Notes: generated from the letters alone by a model not told the origin. Numbered from the stretch's first letter, positions 47,146 through 58,293 are shown. The stretch: 58,293 nucleotides of DNA from an uncultured Veillonella sp. (GCA_900552715.1 USAV01000001.1:1-58293), one strand, 5' to 3'. A program made the numbers and translations.

Positions 47146-48093
47146 ATGTCATTTGCTGAAGATGTAAAAAATGAATTATGCCAATATGAATCCTCTAGTG
47201 ATGCAGATGTGGCCATGAAAATTGAAGCGTCTTGCTTATTGCGCATGGGTGGATCTATCATTTTAGGGATGAAGGGCGCTGTTGGTATTAGATTAGCTAC
47301 TGCAAATAATGCAGTAGCTCGTCGCTTGTTAGGCATCTTAAAGAAACAATATGAATTGCCTACCAATGTATTAGTACGACAAGGGCTTAACTTGCGTAAG
47401 AAAAATATGTATACCTTATCTGTGGAGCCATCCATAGAAGGGCGACAGGCTTTAGAAGATCTTGCTTTATGGCCTGTAACTGAACAAATTCCTCGTAGTT
47501 GGCTTAAATCTATGGAGGCACGACGTGCTTTTTTACGGGGTGCTTTTTTAGGTGGAGGATCTGTTAATAAGCCACAAAGTGATTATCATCTTGAGTTTAT
47601 GACGGGGAATGAGAATTTTGCAAAGGAAATTATACATGTATTGCGGTTATTTCATATTCATGCAGGTTTGACTGAGCGTAAGGAAGAGTATGTAGTATAT
47701 CTTAAAGAAGGGGACGCTGTAACGAATTGCTTGCAGATTATGGGGGCTCAATCAGCCTTGATGGAGTTTGAAAATGTACGCATTATGAAGACTGTGCGAA
47801 ATCAAATCAATCGGCAAGTAAACTGTGAGACAGCCAATTTACAAAAGGTTGTAGATGCTGCAGTACGTCAGGTAAAAGCAATTCGAATCATCGATAGAGA
47901 AATTGGTATTGATGCATTGCCTGACAAGTTGAGGATTGTAGCCAGACTGAGATGGGACAATCCAGAAGCGAGCTTAAAAGAGCTAGAAGAATTGATGGAT
48001 GGCGAATTATCCAAGTCGGGTATTGGCCATCGTTTAAAGAAAATCGAAGCATTAGCACTTACGTATGACCCTATGGGGCTTGAAGAAATATAG
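47146..48093 (+). CDS. whiA: DNA-binding protein WhiA
   Basis: MSFAEDVKNEL, FLRGAFLGGGS, YHLE, NRQVNCETANL. Confidence 0.96.
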   Translation: MSFAEDVKNELCQYESSSDADVAMKIEASCLLRMGGSIILGMKGAVGIRLATANNAVARRLLGILKKQYELPTNVLVRQGLNLRKKNMYTLSVEPSIEGRQALEDLALWPVTEQIPRSWLKSMEARRAFLRGAFLGGGSVNKPQSDYHLEFMTGNENFAKEIIHVLRLFHIHAGLTERKEEYVVYLKEGDAVTNCLQIMGAQSALMEFENVRIMKTVRNQINRQVNCETANLQKVVDAAVRQVKAIRIIDREIGIDALPDKLRIVARLRWDNPEASLKELEELMDGELSKSGIGHRLKKIEALALTYDPMGLEEI

Positions 48094-48105
48094 AGGTATT
48101 AATAT

Positions 48106-51100
48106 ATGTTTTCTTATAAATCAAAATATTGTGTAGCTGCGGCCATGGCCGCCATGGCTGCGCTTACAGGCCATGTAGAGGCTCGTGATATAGATTTACA
48201 ATCAATTGGATATTTTCAGTTTTCTCCGTTGCCACCAAGTTTGGTGTCTCAAACGGATACATTGCTATTATCGGATAGCCCTGAATATGTAGGACCAGTA
48301 GGCGGTACACTTAGTGCTGGTACTATTAATGGGAATGGCCGCATTTATTTTTATCACGTAAATGAAATGGATCAGCCCCATAAGATTGCTATCGTACTAG
48401 AAAATCAAACGGCATATCCTAATACTGTTCATGTAATGAGACAGTTAAAATCTGTGGCAACGCCAGATTATTTTGCTGCTGGTCGCGATTTATCCCGCAA
48501 GGATTTAGAGCATCCTTTAGATGAAAGTCCAAATGCGAGACCATTATACTCCCTAAGCATTCCTCCCCAAGGGCGTCAATTAATCTTTACTGATTTGGAA
48601 AATACACCGGTATATCAAGATGCGTTATTTACAGGCATTGTAGATATTAAAACAGAGGCGCCAATCTTTGCCCGTGTTATGATGCTACCTATGGGCATGG
48701 ATGTCGTCGATGCATCACATTGGGCTAAGAACTTACCTATTGATGAAATTCAATTGCGCGGTACATATACTGGTTCAAAGCGTAATATGGAGGTTACTAC
48801 GCCTTTTGATACTGCCTTAGGCGGTGCTTTTGTTGAAGTTGGTAACGACCGTGAGGATGCCTTTATCAATGGTGTAGATGAAATGCAAAATAAAGCATTT
48901 GTTCGTGACCGTGGTAACTATGGTGTTTCATACACTTTAAAAATTCCTACAAAGGGTAATGAACCATTTAGATTGTATTTTAACCCTCTTGGTGGGCCAT
49001 ATTCTGGCTCCTTTACGGTAAAAGCACTTCATCAACAAGGTGCCCGTAGAGGTCAAACCGATACGCGTACCTATCATATCGGTGGTGCTGATGGGATTAC
49101 TGCACTAGGGGACGGTACTATATTAGATAGCCGTCTTATGGGTAATTATAATGCAGGCGATTTGTTAACATTAAACTTCATGCCGGCAGGTGCATCTAAT
49201 TTGCCAATACGATTCTTATTGATTCCTGAATCTCTTGCAAATCCGCAAAAACATCAGACTATTGCGGTCAATGTACCAAAAGATGTAACAGACAGTTTGG
49301 GTCATCCAACGCAAAGTGGTACACAAATTCCTGTAGGTCCTATCAATGGTAAAGATAGCAATAAGGGTACCGTAGATACATCTAAATCTACTATGACTCC
49401 TGCAAAACAGGCAGAAACAATTGCTCACGAAGAAACAAAAAAATTGAGCGATAAAGCTGCGGCTGATGCTAAAAAAGAGGCACAACTTAAAAAAGCGAAA
49501 GAAGCTGAGGAAGCATTAGCTCGTAAAAAAGCGGAAGAAGCTAAATTAGCTGCCGAAAAAGCAGAAATAGCACGCAAGGCTGCAGAAGCTAAACATGCTG
49601 AAATTGAGCGTAAAATGGCTGAGAAAGCCGAAACTGATCGTAAGGCTGCCGAGTTGAAGGCTGCTCAAGAGGCTCAAGCTGCTAAAGACAAAGCGGCCTT
49701 AGAAGCGAAAAAGGCTGAGGAAATGCGACAAGCAGAAGAGGCTAAACGCTTAGAGGCAGAAAGAAAAGCTGAGCTTGATCGAAAGGTAGCTGAAGCTCGT
49801 AAGGCTGAAGAAGAACGTAAAGCTGAAATGGCGCGTATTGAAGCTGCTAGAAAGGCGGAAGCCGATCGTTTAGAGGCAGCACGTAAAGCGGAGGAAGCTC
49901 GTGTAGCGGCCGAAGCAAAACGTCTTGAAGAAGAACGCAGAATTGAAGCGGCTCGTATTGAAGCAGCACGAAAGGCAGAAGAAGCTAGACAAGCCGCTGA
50001 AGCTAAGGCACGTTTTGAAGCACAACGGGCAGCAGAAAAGGCCGCTTTAGAAGCGAAAAAAGCTGAAGAAGCACGCTTAGCTGCTGAAGCAAAAGCACGT
50101 TTAGAAGCACAACGAAAATCGGAACAAGAAGCATTGGAAGCACGCCGTGCTGAAGAAGCACGTAAAGCGGCGGAAGCAAAAGCTGCGCTAGAAGCCCAAC
50201 GTGCTGCTGAACAGGCTGCATTAGAAGCGAAACGTCAAGAAGATGCGCGTAAAGCGGCAGAGGCAAAAGCTGCCTTAGAAGCACAGCGTATTGAAGCGGC
50301 AAGAAAAGCTGAGGAAGCGCGTCGTGCTGAGGAAGCGCGTAAGGCAGAAGAGGCTAGAATTGAAGCGGCTCGTAAAGCAGAGGAAGCTCGTGTTGCAGCA
50401 GAGGCTAAGCGAGCTGAAGAAGCGCGTAAGGCTGAAGAAGCTAGAATTGAAGCGGCTCGTAAAGCTGAACAAGCTCGTTTGGCAGAAGAAGCACGAAGAG
50501 CAGAAGAAGTACGTCGTTTAGAAGCGGCTAGACTAGAGGCACAACGCAAGGCGGAACAAGAACGTCTCGAAGCGGCCCGTAAAGCCGAAGAAGCCCGCGT
50601 TGCTGCTGAAGCAAAACGTCAGGAAGAATTACGTAAGGCCGAGGAAGCTCGAATCGCAGCCGAAGCAAAACGGGCAGAAGGACTTCGTAAGGCTGAAGAA
50701 GCTCGAATCGCAGCCGAAGCGAAACGTGCAGAAGAGGCTCGTAGAGCAGAGGAAGCGCGTCGCATAGAAGAAGCTAGACGAGCAGAAGAAGCTCGTAAAG
50801 CCGAAGAAGCTCGTATAGCTGCTGAGGCACGTAAGGCTGAACAAGCTAGATTGGCTGCAGAACGAGCAGAAGCTGAACGTCAAGCAGCAGAGGCAAAACG
50901 TATTGCTGAAGAACGCTACCAAGCTCATTTAGAAGCGGAACGCAAAGCAGAAGAAGCTCGTCAACAGGCACTTGCACAAGCTGAAGTGGAACGTAAAGCA
51001 AAAGAACGAGCTGAAGCAATTCAACGTGTCAAAGAACAGCAAGAAAATGCTCGTCGTCGTGCAGAGCTTGCACGTCAACAAATTGAGGCAGAACGTAAGG

Positions 51101-51372
51101 CTGCCCAAGCAGCTAAGACAGGACCTTCCTTCAGTGAACTTGATGACGTCCACGAAGATACTCCTTCCGTAACAATTCCGAATGCTGTATCTATTGATGA
51201 ATTGACTAAACCAAGACCGACTGCATCTCAAAATACACGTCGTCGTGATCAACGTCAACCTCAACAAAATCCAATGACTAATGGTCAACAAGGTCAAGCT
51301 CCATATGGTTCACAGCAAGATCAACAAAATGATGATCAAAATCCACCAAAACTGTATCCTATGAATCGATAA
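48106..51372 (+). CDS. Secreted protein: ~370-aa globular domain, ~570-aa A/E/K/R helical repeat region (TolA-like composition), Q-rich tail
   Basis: Signal peptide (VEA); LLLSDSPE...RIYFYHVN domain; AEEARKAEEAR repeats. Confidence 0.8.
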   Translation: MFSYKSKYCVAAAMAAMAALTGHVEARDIDLQSIGYFQFSPLPPSLVSQTDTLLLSDSPEYVGPVGGTLSAGTINGNGRIYFYHVNEMDQPHKIAIVLENQTAYPNTVHVMRQLKSVATPDYFAAGRDLSRKDLEHPLDESPNARPLYSLSIPPQGRQLIFTDLENTPVYQDALFTGIVDIKTEAPIFARVMMLPMGMDVVDASHWAKNLPIDEIQLRGTYTGSKRNMEVTTPFDTALGGAFVEVGNDREDAFINGVDEMQNKAFVRDRGNYGVSYTLKIPTKGNEPFRLYFNPLGGPYSGSFTVKALHQQGARRGQTDTRTYHIGGADGITALGDGTILDSRLMGNYNAGDLLTLNFMPAGASNLPIRFLLIPESLANPQKHQTIAVNVPKDVTDSLGHPTQSGTQIPVGPINGKDSNKGTVDTSKSTMTPAKQAETIAHEETKKLSDKAAADAKKEAQLKKAKEAEEALARKKAEEAKLAAEKAEIARKAAEAKHAEIERKMAEKAETDRKAAELKAAQEAQAAKDKAALEAKKAEEMRQAEEAKRLEAERKAELDRKVAEARKAEEERKAEMARIEAARKAEADRLEAARKAEEARVAAEAKRLEEERRIEAARIEAARKAEEARQAAEAKARFEAQRAAEKAALEAKKAEEARLAAEAKARLEAQRKSEQEALEARRAEEARKAAEAKAALEAQRAAEQAALEAKRQEDARKAAEAKAALEAQRIEAARKAEEARRAEEARKAEEARIEAARKAEEARVAAEAKRAEEARKAEEARIEAARKAEQARLAEEARRAEEVRRLEAARLEAQRKAEQERLEAARKAEEARVAAEAKRQEELRKAEEARIAAEAKRAEGLRKAEEARIAAEAKRAEEARRAEEARRIEEARRAEEARKAEEARIAAEARKAEQARLAAERAEAERQAAEAKRIAEERYQAHLEAERKAEEARQQALAQAEVERKAKERAEAIQRVKEQQENARRRAELARQQIEAERKAAQAAKTGPSFSELDDVHEDTPSVTIPNAVSIDELTKPRPTASQNTRRRDQRQPQQNPMTNGQQGQAPYGSQQDQQNDDQNPPKLYPMNR
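49400..51120 (+). repeat. Degenerate in-frame coding repeats (RKAEEARIAAEAKRAEEA-type)
   Basis: For example, 54-bp units starting at 50632 and 50686. Confidence 0.85.
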
Positions 51373-51445
51373 TGTACGATTGTAATAATAGAAACTATTA
51401 ATGTCTAATTATAGATTCCTTGGGTTCTGACAATTACTTAAATAT

Positions 51446-51484
51446 AGAGAGGACAAGCCACTTTACTGGGCTTGTCCTCTTTTT
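51446..51484 (+). terminator. Intrinsic terminator before the pyr operon
   Basis: AGAGGACAAGCC...GGCTTGTCCTCT-TTTT. Confidence 0.85.
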
Positions 51485-51512
51485 AAAATACTTATGAACT
51501 TTCGCTTTTACA

Positions 51513-51541
51513 TTGACTTTCAAGGGCAGATTCAGTACAAT
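51513..51541 (+). promoter_or_regulatory. pyr operon promoter
   Basis: TTGACT-17 bp-TACAAT. Confidence 0.8.
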
Positions 51542-51591
51542 AAATAAAGAAAATGCACCTATGGTACGAGAGACCATTGCATAGTACAAAA

Positions 51592-51702
51592 CCTTTTAAT
51601 TTAGTCCAGAGAGGCTGAGAAAGGAATATAGTTGAAGCGCCCCCATAAGGGCTTCTTTGTGCAAACTATTTGACCTTTTGCCCTGGGCAAAAGGTCTTTT
51701 TT
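51592..51702 (+). promoter_or_regulatory. PyrR-binding attenuator (binding loop, antiterminator, terminator)
   Basis: CCTTTTAATTT-AGTCCAGAGAGGCT-GAGAAAGG matches the PyrR consensus. Terminator GACCTTTTGCC-CTG-GGCAAAAGGTC-TTTTTT (51672-51702). AAAGGAATATAGTTG can pair with CAAACTATTTGACCTTT as the antiterminator. Confidence 0.92.
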
Positions 51703-51725
51703 GTTACGTGAGTTAGGAGGAAATC

Positions 51726-52676
51726 ATGGGACAAGTTAGCCTAAAAGGCAAACATTTATTGGGTTTGCAAAATGTGTCACCTGAAGAAATCAAATTGATT
51801 TTGAATGTGGCAAAGAAAATGAAGAAAATCGTTCTTTCTGATGATAAGAAGGTTCCACTTTTAAAGGGGAAATCCATTATTAATCTCTTTATGGAACCTA
51901 GTACTCGTACCCGTAGTTCCTTTGAATTGGCTGGTAAATATTTAGGGGCTGACGTTATTAATCTTTCTCCAAGCGGTTCTTCCATGGGTAAAGGTGAAAG
52001 CTTCCGTGATACCTTGCTTACTATGTCCTACATGGGCACAGATGCTATTGTAATGCGTCATAGTGCAGAAGGGGCTCCTCTATATGCCACAAAAGCAGTA
52101 GATCCTATCATTATCAATGCTGGTGATGGTGCTCATGAACATCCAACACAAGCTTTGTTAGATATGTATTCCATCTTAGAGAAAAAAGAATCTATTGAAG
52201 GCTTAAAAATTGTTATCTTAGGCGATATTATGCATAGCCGTGTAGCAAGATCTAATATTTATGGCCTTACTAAAATGGGTGCTAAAGTACATTTGGCTGG
52301 TCCTCGTACTATGGTATATCCAGAGCTCGAAAAATTAGGTGTTACCGTACACCACGATATTCGTGAAGCAGTAGTTGATGCAGATGTGGTTAACGTACTT
52401 CGCATTCAATTAGAACGTATTCATTCTGCGTTGTATCCTACAAATAGAGAATATGCTCGTATCTTTGGTATTAACAATGATGTATTGAAATTGGCTAAAG
52501 ATGATGTGATGGTAATGCATCCAGGTCCTATGAACCGTGGCCTTGAAATTGCACCAGATGTAGCATATTCTGATCAATCCGTAATTCAAGAACAGGTACG
52601 TAATGGCGTAGCTGTACGTATGGCTGTATTGTACTTAACTATTATCGGAGGTGACGGTAGTGAGCTTGCTTATTAA
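51726..52676 (+). CDS. pyrB: Aspartate carbamoyltransferase catalytic subunit
   Basis: EPSTRTRSSF, NAGDGAHEHPTQALLD, MHPGPMNRG. Confidence 0.97.
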   Translation: MGQVSLKGKHLLGLQNVSPEEIKLILNVAKKMKKIVLSDDKKVPLLKGKSIINLFMEPSTRTRSSFELAGKYLGADVINLSPSGSSMGKGESFRDTLLTMSYMGTDAIVMRHSAEGAPLYATKAVDPIIINAGDGAHEHPTQALLDMYSILEKKESIEGLKIVILGDIMHSRVARSNIYGLTKMGAKVHLAGPRTMVYPELEKLGVTVHHDIREAVVDADVVNVLRIQLERIHSALYPTNREYARIFGINNDVLKLAKDDVMVMHPGPMNRGLEIAPDVAYSDQSVIQEQVRNGVAVRMAVLYLTIIGGDGSELAY

Positions 52677-53946
52677 AAATGGTACGGTAGTTAATCCGGC
52701 AAAAAAACAAAACGAAGTAGCAGACGTTCTCGTAAAAGATGGTAAAATTGCAGCCATCGGTCAAAACTTAAGTGCTGAAGGCGCTGAAGTATATGATGCA
52801 ACAGGTCTTATCGTAGCACCTGGCCTTATCGATATTCACACACATTTGCGTGAACCAGGCCAAGAAGCTAAAGAAGATTTCCACTCTGGTACACAAGCGG
52901 CTGCTGCTGGTGGTTTCACACGTGTTGTTACTATGGCTAACACTAACCCAGTTGTAGATAATGCTGCACTTGTAAGAGGTTTACAAAAACAGGCTGAACT
53001 CACTGGCGTTGTGAAAGTAGAATTTATTGGTGCTGTATCCAAAGGTCTTGAAGGTAAGGAACTTGCTGAAATGGGCGATATGGCTGAAGCTGGTGTAGTA
53101 GCATTTTCCGATGATGGTCACTATGTAGAAAATGCTGCATTTATGCGTCGTGCCTTAGAATACTCCTCCATGTTTAATAAAATGGTTATCGACCATGCAG
53201 AAGATATTACATTGACTAAAAATGGTCATATGCATGAAGGCATCGTTTCCTATGAACTAGGTGTTATTGGTCGTCCTGCAGTAGCTGAAGATTTAGCGGT
53301 TGCTCGTGATATTTTATTATCTGAAATGACAGGCGGTCACATTCATATTGCACACGTAAGTAGTAAAAATACAGTGGACATGGTTCGTCGCGCAAAAGCA
53401 AAAGGTCTTAATGTAACATGTGAAGTTACAACCCAACATTTATCTTTCACAGATGAATATTTACGCGAATACAATCCAGCGTTCAAAATGGCTCCTCCAA
53501 TTCGCTCCGAAGATCATCGTCAAGCATTATTAGAAGGCTTGAAAGATGGCACAATTGATGCAATTATTACAGACCATGCACCGCATGCGTATGAAGAAAA
53601 AGACCATGAGTTCTGCTGTGCTCCTAATGGTTTCAGTGGTCTCGAAACATCTTTGGCAGCGGTTATTACCAATGCGTATGGTCCAGATAAACTCAGCATT
53701 GACCAAGTTGTGTACTATATGAGTACACGTCCAGCTGAATTAATGCGTCTTGATGCAGGTGTTCTTGAAGTTGGTAAACCAGCAGATATTACTGTATTCT
53801 CTACAACTGAAGAGTGGACAGTAGATCGAAATAAATTCTATACAAAAGGCAAAGTCAGCCCATTTGATGGTATGACTGTTACAGGTAAGGCCAAACTCAC
53901 AGTAGTTGATGGCAAAGTAGTTATGAAGGAGGGCGTAGTCTTATAA
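52660..53946 (+). CDS. pyrC: Dihydroorotase (GTG start)
   Basis: DIHTHLREPG, AAAGGFT, TDHAPH. RBS GGAGG at 52647. Confidence 0.96.
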   Translation: MSLLIKNGTVVNPAKKQNEVADVLVKDGKIAAIGQNLSAEGAEVYDATGLIVAPGLIDIHTHLREPGQEAKEDFHSGTQAAAAGGFTRVVTMANTNPVVDNAALVRGLQKQAELTGVVKVEFIGAVSKGLEGKELAEMGDMAEAGVVAFSDDGHYVENAAFMRRALEYSSMFNKMVIDHAEDITLTKNGHMHEGIVSYELGVIGRPAVAEDLAVARDILLSEMTGGHIHIAHVSSKNTVDMVRRAKAKGLNVTCEVTTQHLSFTDEYLREYNPAFKMAPPIRSEDHRQALLEGLKDGTIDAIITDHAPHAYEEKDHEFCCAPNGFSGLETSLAAVITNAYGPDKLSIDQVVYYMSTRPAELMRLDAGVLEVGKPADITVFSTTEEWTVDRNKFYTKGKVSPFDGMTVTGKAKLTVVDGKVVMKEGVVL

Positions 53947-55013
53947 TGAAAGGCAAGTTAGTTCTTGAAGATGGTTCCGTGTTTGAAGGTTCCTTATTAG
54001 GTGGCGCTCCAACAGTAGGCGAAGTTGTATTTAACACAGGTATGACAGGGTATCAAGAAATCTTGACTGATCCATCCTATGCGGATCAAATTATTACATT
54101 AACATATCCTTTGATCGGTAATTATGGTACATTGAATGCTATTACTCAAGGCCCTAAACCATATTGTAAGGGCTTTATCGTAGGAGAACTGTGTGATTTC
54201 CCATCTAACTGGCAAAATGAAGGCTTATTTAGCGAGTATCTTCGTTTACACGGCATCCCTTGCCTTTATGATGTAGATACACGTGCTATTACACGTGTAC
54301 TTCGTAACCATGGCGTAATGAAAGGCGTACTTGTACGTTCTGATTATCCTATGGAAGATATTCAAAAATTATTTAAACAAGACTTGCCAACAGATCAAGT
54401 TATGCGTGTAACTACAAAATGGCAAGGTATGCGTGGCGATAAAAATGCAGAGTTCCATGTAGCTGTAATGGACTATGGTGTAAAGGAAAATATCCTTCGC
54501 TCTTTAGAAGCAGCTGGTTGTCGTCTAACAGTATTCCCTGCAGATGCTAAGGCTGAAGATGTATTGGCAGCAAATCCAGATGGTGTATTCTTATCTAACG
54601 GCCCTGGAGATCCTCAAGATCTTGGCTATGCTGTAGAAGAAGTAAAGAAATTATTCGGTAAAAAGCCTATCTTCGGCATTTGCATGGGCCATCAAGTATT
54701 GGCTCAAGCCTATGGTGGTACAACATTTAAATTAAAATTTGGTCACCGTGGCTCTAACCATCCAGTACAAGATTTACGTACAGGCCGCGTATATATTACA
54801 TCTCAAAATCATGGCTATGCAGTAGATGATACTTCCTTGCCAGATTTTGTAGAAATTACACATCGCAGTGTAAATGATGGTACTGTAGAAGGTATGCGCC
54901 ATAAAGAATTGCCTATCTTCTCTGTACAATATCATCCAGAAGCATCCCCAGGACCTACTGATAATCTATATTTATTTGACGAATTTGAAGACTTAATGAG
55001 AAAGGGAAAATAA
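53946..55013 (+). CDS. carA: Carbamoyl-phosphate synthase small subunit
   Basis: [38 protein letters not shown]. Confidence 0.97.
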   Translation: MKGKLVLEDGSVFEGSLLGGAPTVGEVVFNTGMTGYQEILTDPSYADQIITLTYPLIGNYGTLNAITQGPKPYCKGFIVGELCDFPSNWQNEGLFSEYLRLHGIPCLYDVDTRAITRVLRNHGVMKGVLVRSDYPMEDIQKLFKQDLPTDQVMRVTTKWQGMRGDKNAEFHVAVMDYGVKENILRSLEAAGCRLTVFPADAKAEDVLAANPDGVFLSNGPGDPQDLGYAVEEVKKLFGKKPIFGICMGHQVLAQAYGGTTFKLKFGHRGSNHPVQDLRTGRVYITSQNHGYAVDDTSLPDFVEITHRSVNDGTVEGMRHKELPIFSVQYHPEASPGPTDNLYLFDEFEDLMRKGK

Positions 55014-55014
55014 T

Positions 55015-58000
55015 ATGACCACAGAAGCAAAAAAAGTACTTGTAATTGGTTCTGGTCCAATTATTATCGGCCAAGCTGCAGAGTTTGACTATGCTGGTAC
55101 ACAAGCATGCCGTTCCCTTCGTGAAGAAGGTTATAAAGTAGTATTGGTTAACTCCAATCCTGCTACAATTATGACCGATACAGATATTGCAGACCGCGTA
55201 TATGTAGAACCGATTAGTCTTGAATTCGTAACAGAAGTAATTAAAAAAGAACGCCCTTGGGGCTTATTGGCTACATTGGGTGGCCAAGTAGGTCTTAATA
55301 TGGCCGTACAATTGTCTGAAGCTGGCGTATTAGAAGAATACGGTGTAAAACTTCTAGGTACAACACTTGAAGCTATTAAACAAGCAGAAGACCGTGAACT
55401 CTTCAAAGAAGCGATGAAGGAAATCAATCAACCAGTTCCTGAATCCGATATCTTTAACGACCTTGAAGAAGCGGTAGCCTTTGCTAATCGCATTGGTTAT
55501 CCTATCATCATCCGTCCTGCTTACACATTGGGCGGTACTGGTGGTGGTATTGCGCATAATGAAGATGAAATGTATGAAATCACACGTCGTGGTTTGAAAC
55601 TTTCACCAATTCACCAAATCCTAGCAGAACGTTCTGTAGCAGGCTGGAAAGAAATCGAATACGAAGTAATGCGCGATAGTGCAGATAACTGTATCATCGT
55701 ATGTAATATGGAAAATATCGATCCTGTAGGCGTACATACTGGTGACTCCATCGTTGTGGCACCAAGCCAAACATTAAACGATATTCAATACCAAATGCTT
55801 CGTACTGCTTCTGTAGAAATTATTCGTTATTTGAAAATCGAAGGTGGTTGTAACGTACAATACGCGTTGAATCCAAATAGCAATGAATATATCGTTATCG
55901 AAGTAAACCCTCGTGTATCCCGTTCCTCTGCATTAGCATCTAAAGCAACTGGCTATCCAATTGCGAAGGTAGCTGCAAAAATTGCAGTAGGCATGACATT
56001 GGATCAAATTACAAATGCTGTAACAGGTGAAACAAAAGCATGCTTCGAACCTACACTTGACTATGTAGTAACGAAATTCCCACGTTGGCCATTTGAAAAA
56101 TTCAATTTGGCAGACCGCACATTGGGCACTCAAATGAAGGCTACTGGCGAAGTTATGGCTATCGATCGCTCCTTGGAAGGCTCCTTGCTTAAAGCAATTC
56201 GTTCCTTGGAAATTGGTTTAGACCATATTGAGCTAAAGAAAATCTCTCATGAGTCTATGGAACAATTGATTGAACGTTTACATTTAGTAGATGATGAACG
56301 TATCTATGTTGTAGCAGAAGCACTTCGCAAGGGCATTAGTGTAGAAAAAATTCACTACATTACAAAAATTGATACATTCTTTATTGAAAAAATCAAAAAC
56401 ATTGTTAATGTAGAAAAAGCATTGGCTGAACATGGCTTAACAGAAGAAGTATTGCGCAAAGCAAAACGCTATTCCTTCACTGATTCTGTTATCGCCCGTT
56501 ATGCTAATACAACAGTAGAAGAGGTTCGTGCAAAACGTAAAGAATGGAACATTCTTCCAACCTATAAATATGTAGATACATGTGCTGCAGAATTCGAATC
56601 TAAAACACCGTACTACTACAGTGCTTATGCACAAGAAGACGAAGTTAAACCACTCGGTGAAAAATCTGTTGTCGTACTTGGTTCCGGTCCAATTCGTATA
56701 GGTCAAGGCGTAGAGTTTGACTACTGCTCCGTACACTCCTCCTGGGCACTTCGTAAAGCGGGTTATCAATCCATTATGATTAACAATAACCCAGAAACAG
56801 TGTCTACAGACTTTGATATTTCTGATTCCCTGTACTTCGAACCATTAACAGTGGACGATGTAATGGAAATCATCGATAAAGAAAAACCAGCTGGCGTTAT
56901 TGCTCAATTCGGTGGTCAAACAGCAATTAACTTGGCAGGTCCATTAGCTAAGCGCGGTGTCAAAATCCTCGGTACGTCCGTAGATAGCATCGATATGGCA
57001 GAAGACCGTGAACGCTTTGATGAATTGTTGGCAAAACTTGGTATTCCACGTCCAGTAGGTGCGCTTGTAACCTCTGATGAAGAAGCACAAGCAGCAGCTA
57101 AAAACTTGAAATATCCATTGATTGTACGTCCTTCTTATGTATTGGGCGGCCGTGCTATGGAAATCGTATACAACGATAAAGAACTTGATGTTTACATGAA
57201 GGAAGCCGTAGTTGCATCCAAGGAACATCCTGTTCTTATCGACCGTTACATGGTTGGTATGGAGGTAGAGGTTGACGCTATTTCCGATGGTACTGACGTA
57301 TGTATTCCTGGTATTATGGAACAAATCGAACGCGCTGGTGTTCACTCTGGTGACTCCATGGCCGTTTATCCAGCTCAACATTTGAGCCAAGAATTGATTG
57401 ATCAAATCGTGGACTATACACGTCGTATTGCAGTAGGCCTTAATGTTAAAGGTGTACTTAATATTCAATATATCGTGGCTGACGGTGAACTTAACGTAAT
57501 CGAAGTTAACCCTCGTTCTAGCCGTACTGTACCTTTCATTTCTAAGGTTACAGGCATCAATATGGTAGAATGTGCAACACGCATTGCTCTTGGTGAAAGC
57601 TTAAAAGATTTGGGCTTGCCACTCGGTCTTGTACCTAATAAACCATATGTAGCTGTAAAAGCACCTGTATTCTCCTTCTCCAAAATGGGCCTTGTAGAAA
57701 TCGCTCTTGGACCTGAAATGAAATCTACTGGTGAGGTTATGGGGATTGGTCGTACATATTCTGAAGCATTGTTTAAAGCTATCAATGGCGCCAACATGCG
57801 TATCCCAGAAGATGGTACAATTCTTATGACCGTAGCAGACCGCGATAAAGAGGAAGCTAGCCAATTGGCAAAAGGCTTCATTGAATTGGGTTACCATATC
57901 GAAGCAACGGGAGGTACTGGTAAATACTTCAAAGAACATGGTGTTGACTGCAAGGTAGTTAACAAAATCTCTGAAGGTGATGACAACTGTGCTGACCACA

Positions 58001-58215
58001 TTCGTCAAGATAAAGTAGATCTTGTACTTAACACATTGACTGCAGGTAAACGCCCTGAACGTGAAGGCTTCCAATTGCGTCGTCTCGCTGTAGAAATGGG
58101 TACACCATGCTTAACAAGCCTTGATACAGCTCGTGAAGTATTGCGCGTTGTAGCTAATCGTAAAGATGATGCTAACTACAATGTAGAAGCATTACAAGAT
58201 TTTGAATTGGAGTAA
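55015..58215 (+). CDS. carB: Carbamoyl-phosphate synthase large subunit
   Basis: [15 protein letters not shown], duplicated ATP-grasp domains, EVNPR, MGS-like C-terminus. Confidence 0.98.
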   Translation: MTTEAKKVLVIGSGPIIIGQAAEFDYAGTQACRSLREEGYKVVLVNSNPATIMTDTDIADRVYVEPISLEFVTEVIKKERPWGLLATLGGQVGLNMAVQLSEAGVLEEYGVKLLGTTLEAIKQAEDRELFKEAMKEINQPVPESDIFNDLEEAVAFANRIGYPIIIRPAYTLGGTGGGIAHNEDEMYEITRRGLKLSPIHQILAERSVAGWKEIEYEVMRDSADNCIIVCNMENIDPVGVHTGDSIVVAPSQTLNDIQYQMLRTASVEIIRYLKIEGGCNVQYALNPNSNEYIVIEVNPRVSRSSALASKATGYPIAKVAAKIAVGMTLDQITNAVTGETKACFEPTLDYVVTKFPRWPFEKFNLADRTLGTQMKATGEVMAIDRSLEGSLLKAIRSLEIGLDHIELKKISHESMEQLIERLHLVDDERIYVVAEALRKGISVEKIHYITKIDTFFIEKIKNIVNVEKALAEHGLTEEVLRKAKRYSFTDSVIARYANTTVEEVRAKRKEWNILPTYKYVDTCAAEFESKTPYYYSAYAQEDEVKPLGEKSVVVLGSGPIRIGQGVEFDYCSVHSSWALRKAGYQSIMINNNPETVSTDFDISDSLYFEPLTVDDVMEIIDKEKPAGVIAQFGGQTAINLAGPLAKRGVKILGTSVDSIDMAEDRERFDELLAKLGIPRPVGALVTSDEEAQAAAKNLKYPLIVRPSYVLGGRAMEIVYNDKELDVYMKEAVVASKEHPVLIDRYMVGMEVEVDAISDGTDVCIPGIMEQIERAGVHSGDSMAVYPAQHLSQELIDQIVDYTRRIAVGLNVKGVLNIQYIVADGELNVIEVNPRSSRTVPFISKVTGINMVECATRIALGESLKDLGLPLGLVPNKPYVAVKAPVFSFSKMGLVEIALGPEMKSTGEVMGIGRTYSEALFKAINGANMRIPEDGTILMTVADRDKEEASQLAKGFIELGYHIEATGGTGKYFKEHGVDCKVVNKISEGDDNCADHIRQDKVDLVLNTLTAGKRPEREGFQLRRLAVEMGTPCLTSLDTAREVLRVVANRKDDANYNVEALQDFELE

Positions 58216-58219
58216 AACC

Positions 58220-58293
58220 ATGAGTGGCTATGTAGAACAGGGCGAAGTCGTTCGCAATGAGCAAATAGGCTCTGATGTGTGGATTATGGATAT
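58220..58293 (+). CDS. pyrK: Probable dihydroorotate dehydrogenase electron-transfer subunit, 5' fragment running off the window
   Basis: MSGYVEQGEVVRNEQIGSDVWIMD resembles PyrK N-termini; position directly after carB. Confidence 0.55.
   Translation, partial: MSGYVEQGEVVRNEQIGSDVWIMD

Noticed and set aside
48106..51372. tolA gene call
   Set aside because: Similarity is only compositional; no N-terminal TM anchor, TolA C-terminal domain or tolQR neighbours.
572..58074. Numerous 60-180 aa minus-strand and off-frame ORFs in the track
   Set aside because: Essentially all overlap well-supported + strand genes and have no motifs or start signals.

Overview
This 58.3 kb low-GC window has every credible gene on the + strand. 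Gene content and order match the conserved outer-membrane ('diderm') cluster of Negativicutes, most likely a Veillonella species (inferred from the SLH-porin ompM genes, the MlaD with a C-terminal beta-barrel and lpxI). Gene order: mreB-like (open at the left edge); AMIN/phosphodiester-glycosidase-like protein; a lipoyl-fold secreted protein, S55 (SpoIVB-like) protease and mlaEFD-tolC; tamB; bamA; three skp/ompH genes; lipid A/Kdo synthesis (lpxD, acyltransferase, lpxC-fabZ-lpxA, lpxI-lpxB-msbA-waaA-lpxK-kdsBADC, second acyltransferase); lptC-A-B-(F/G); DUF3084-like; YqgF/RuvX-like; YitT; signal peptidase I; two tandem ompM genes. These are followed by a Cof hydrolase, rapZ-yvcK-whiA, a 1088-aa secreted protein with a very long A/E/K/R helix, and a PyrR-attenuated pyrB-pyrC-carA-carB-(pyrK) operon. 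I saw no mobile elements, CRISPR arrays, rRNA or tRNA genes. The main unexplained signals are: (1) a ~120-nt rod-like 5' leader RNA in front of both ompM genes, with an identical 20-nt apical motif but divergent stems; (2) a circularly permuted SpoIVB-type protease and a lysine-less secreted lipoyl domain heading the mla-tolC operon; (3) an apparently catalytically dead AMIN-glycosidase; (4) an MreB with a long basic N-terminal extension. All family assignments come from motif recognition by eye; no searches were run.
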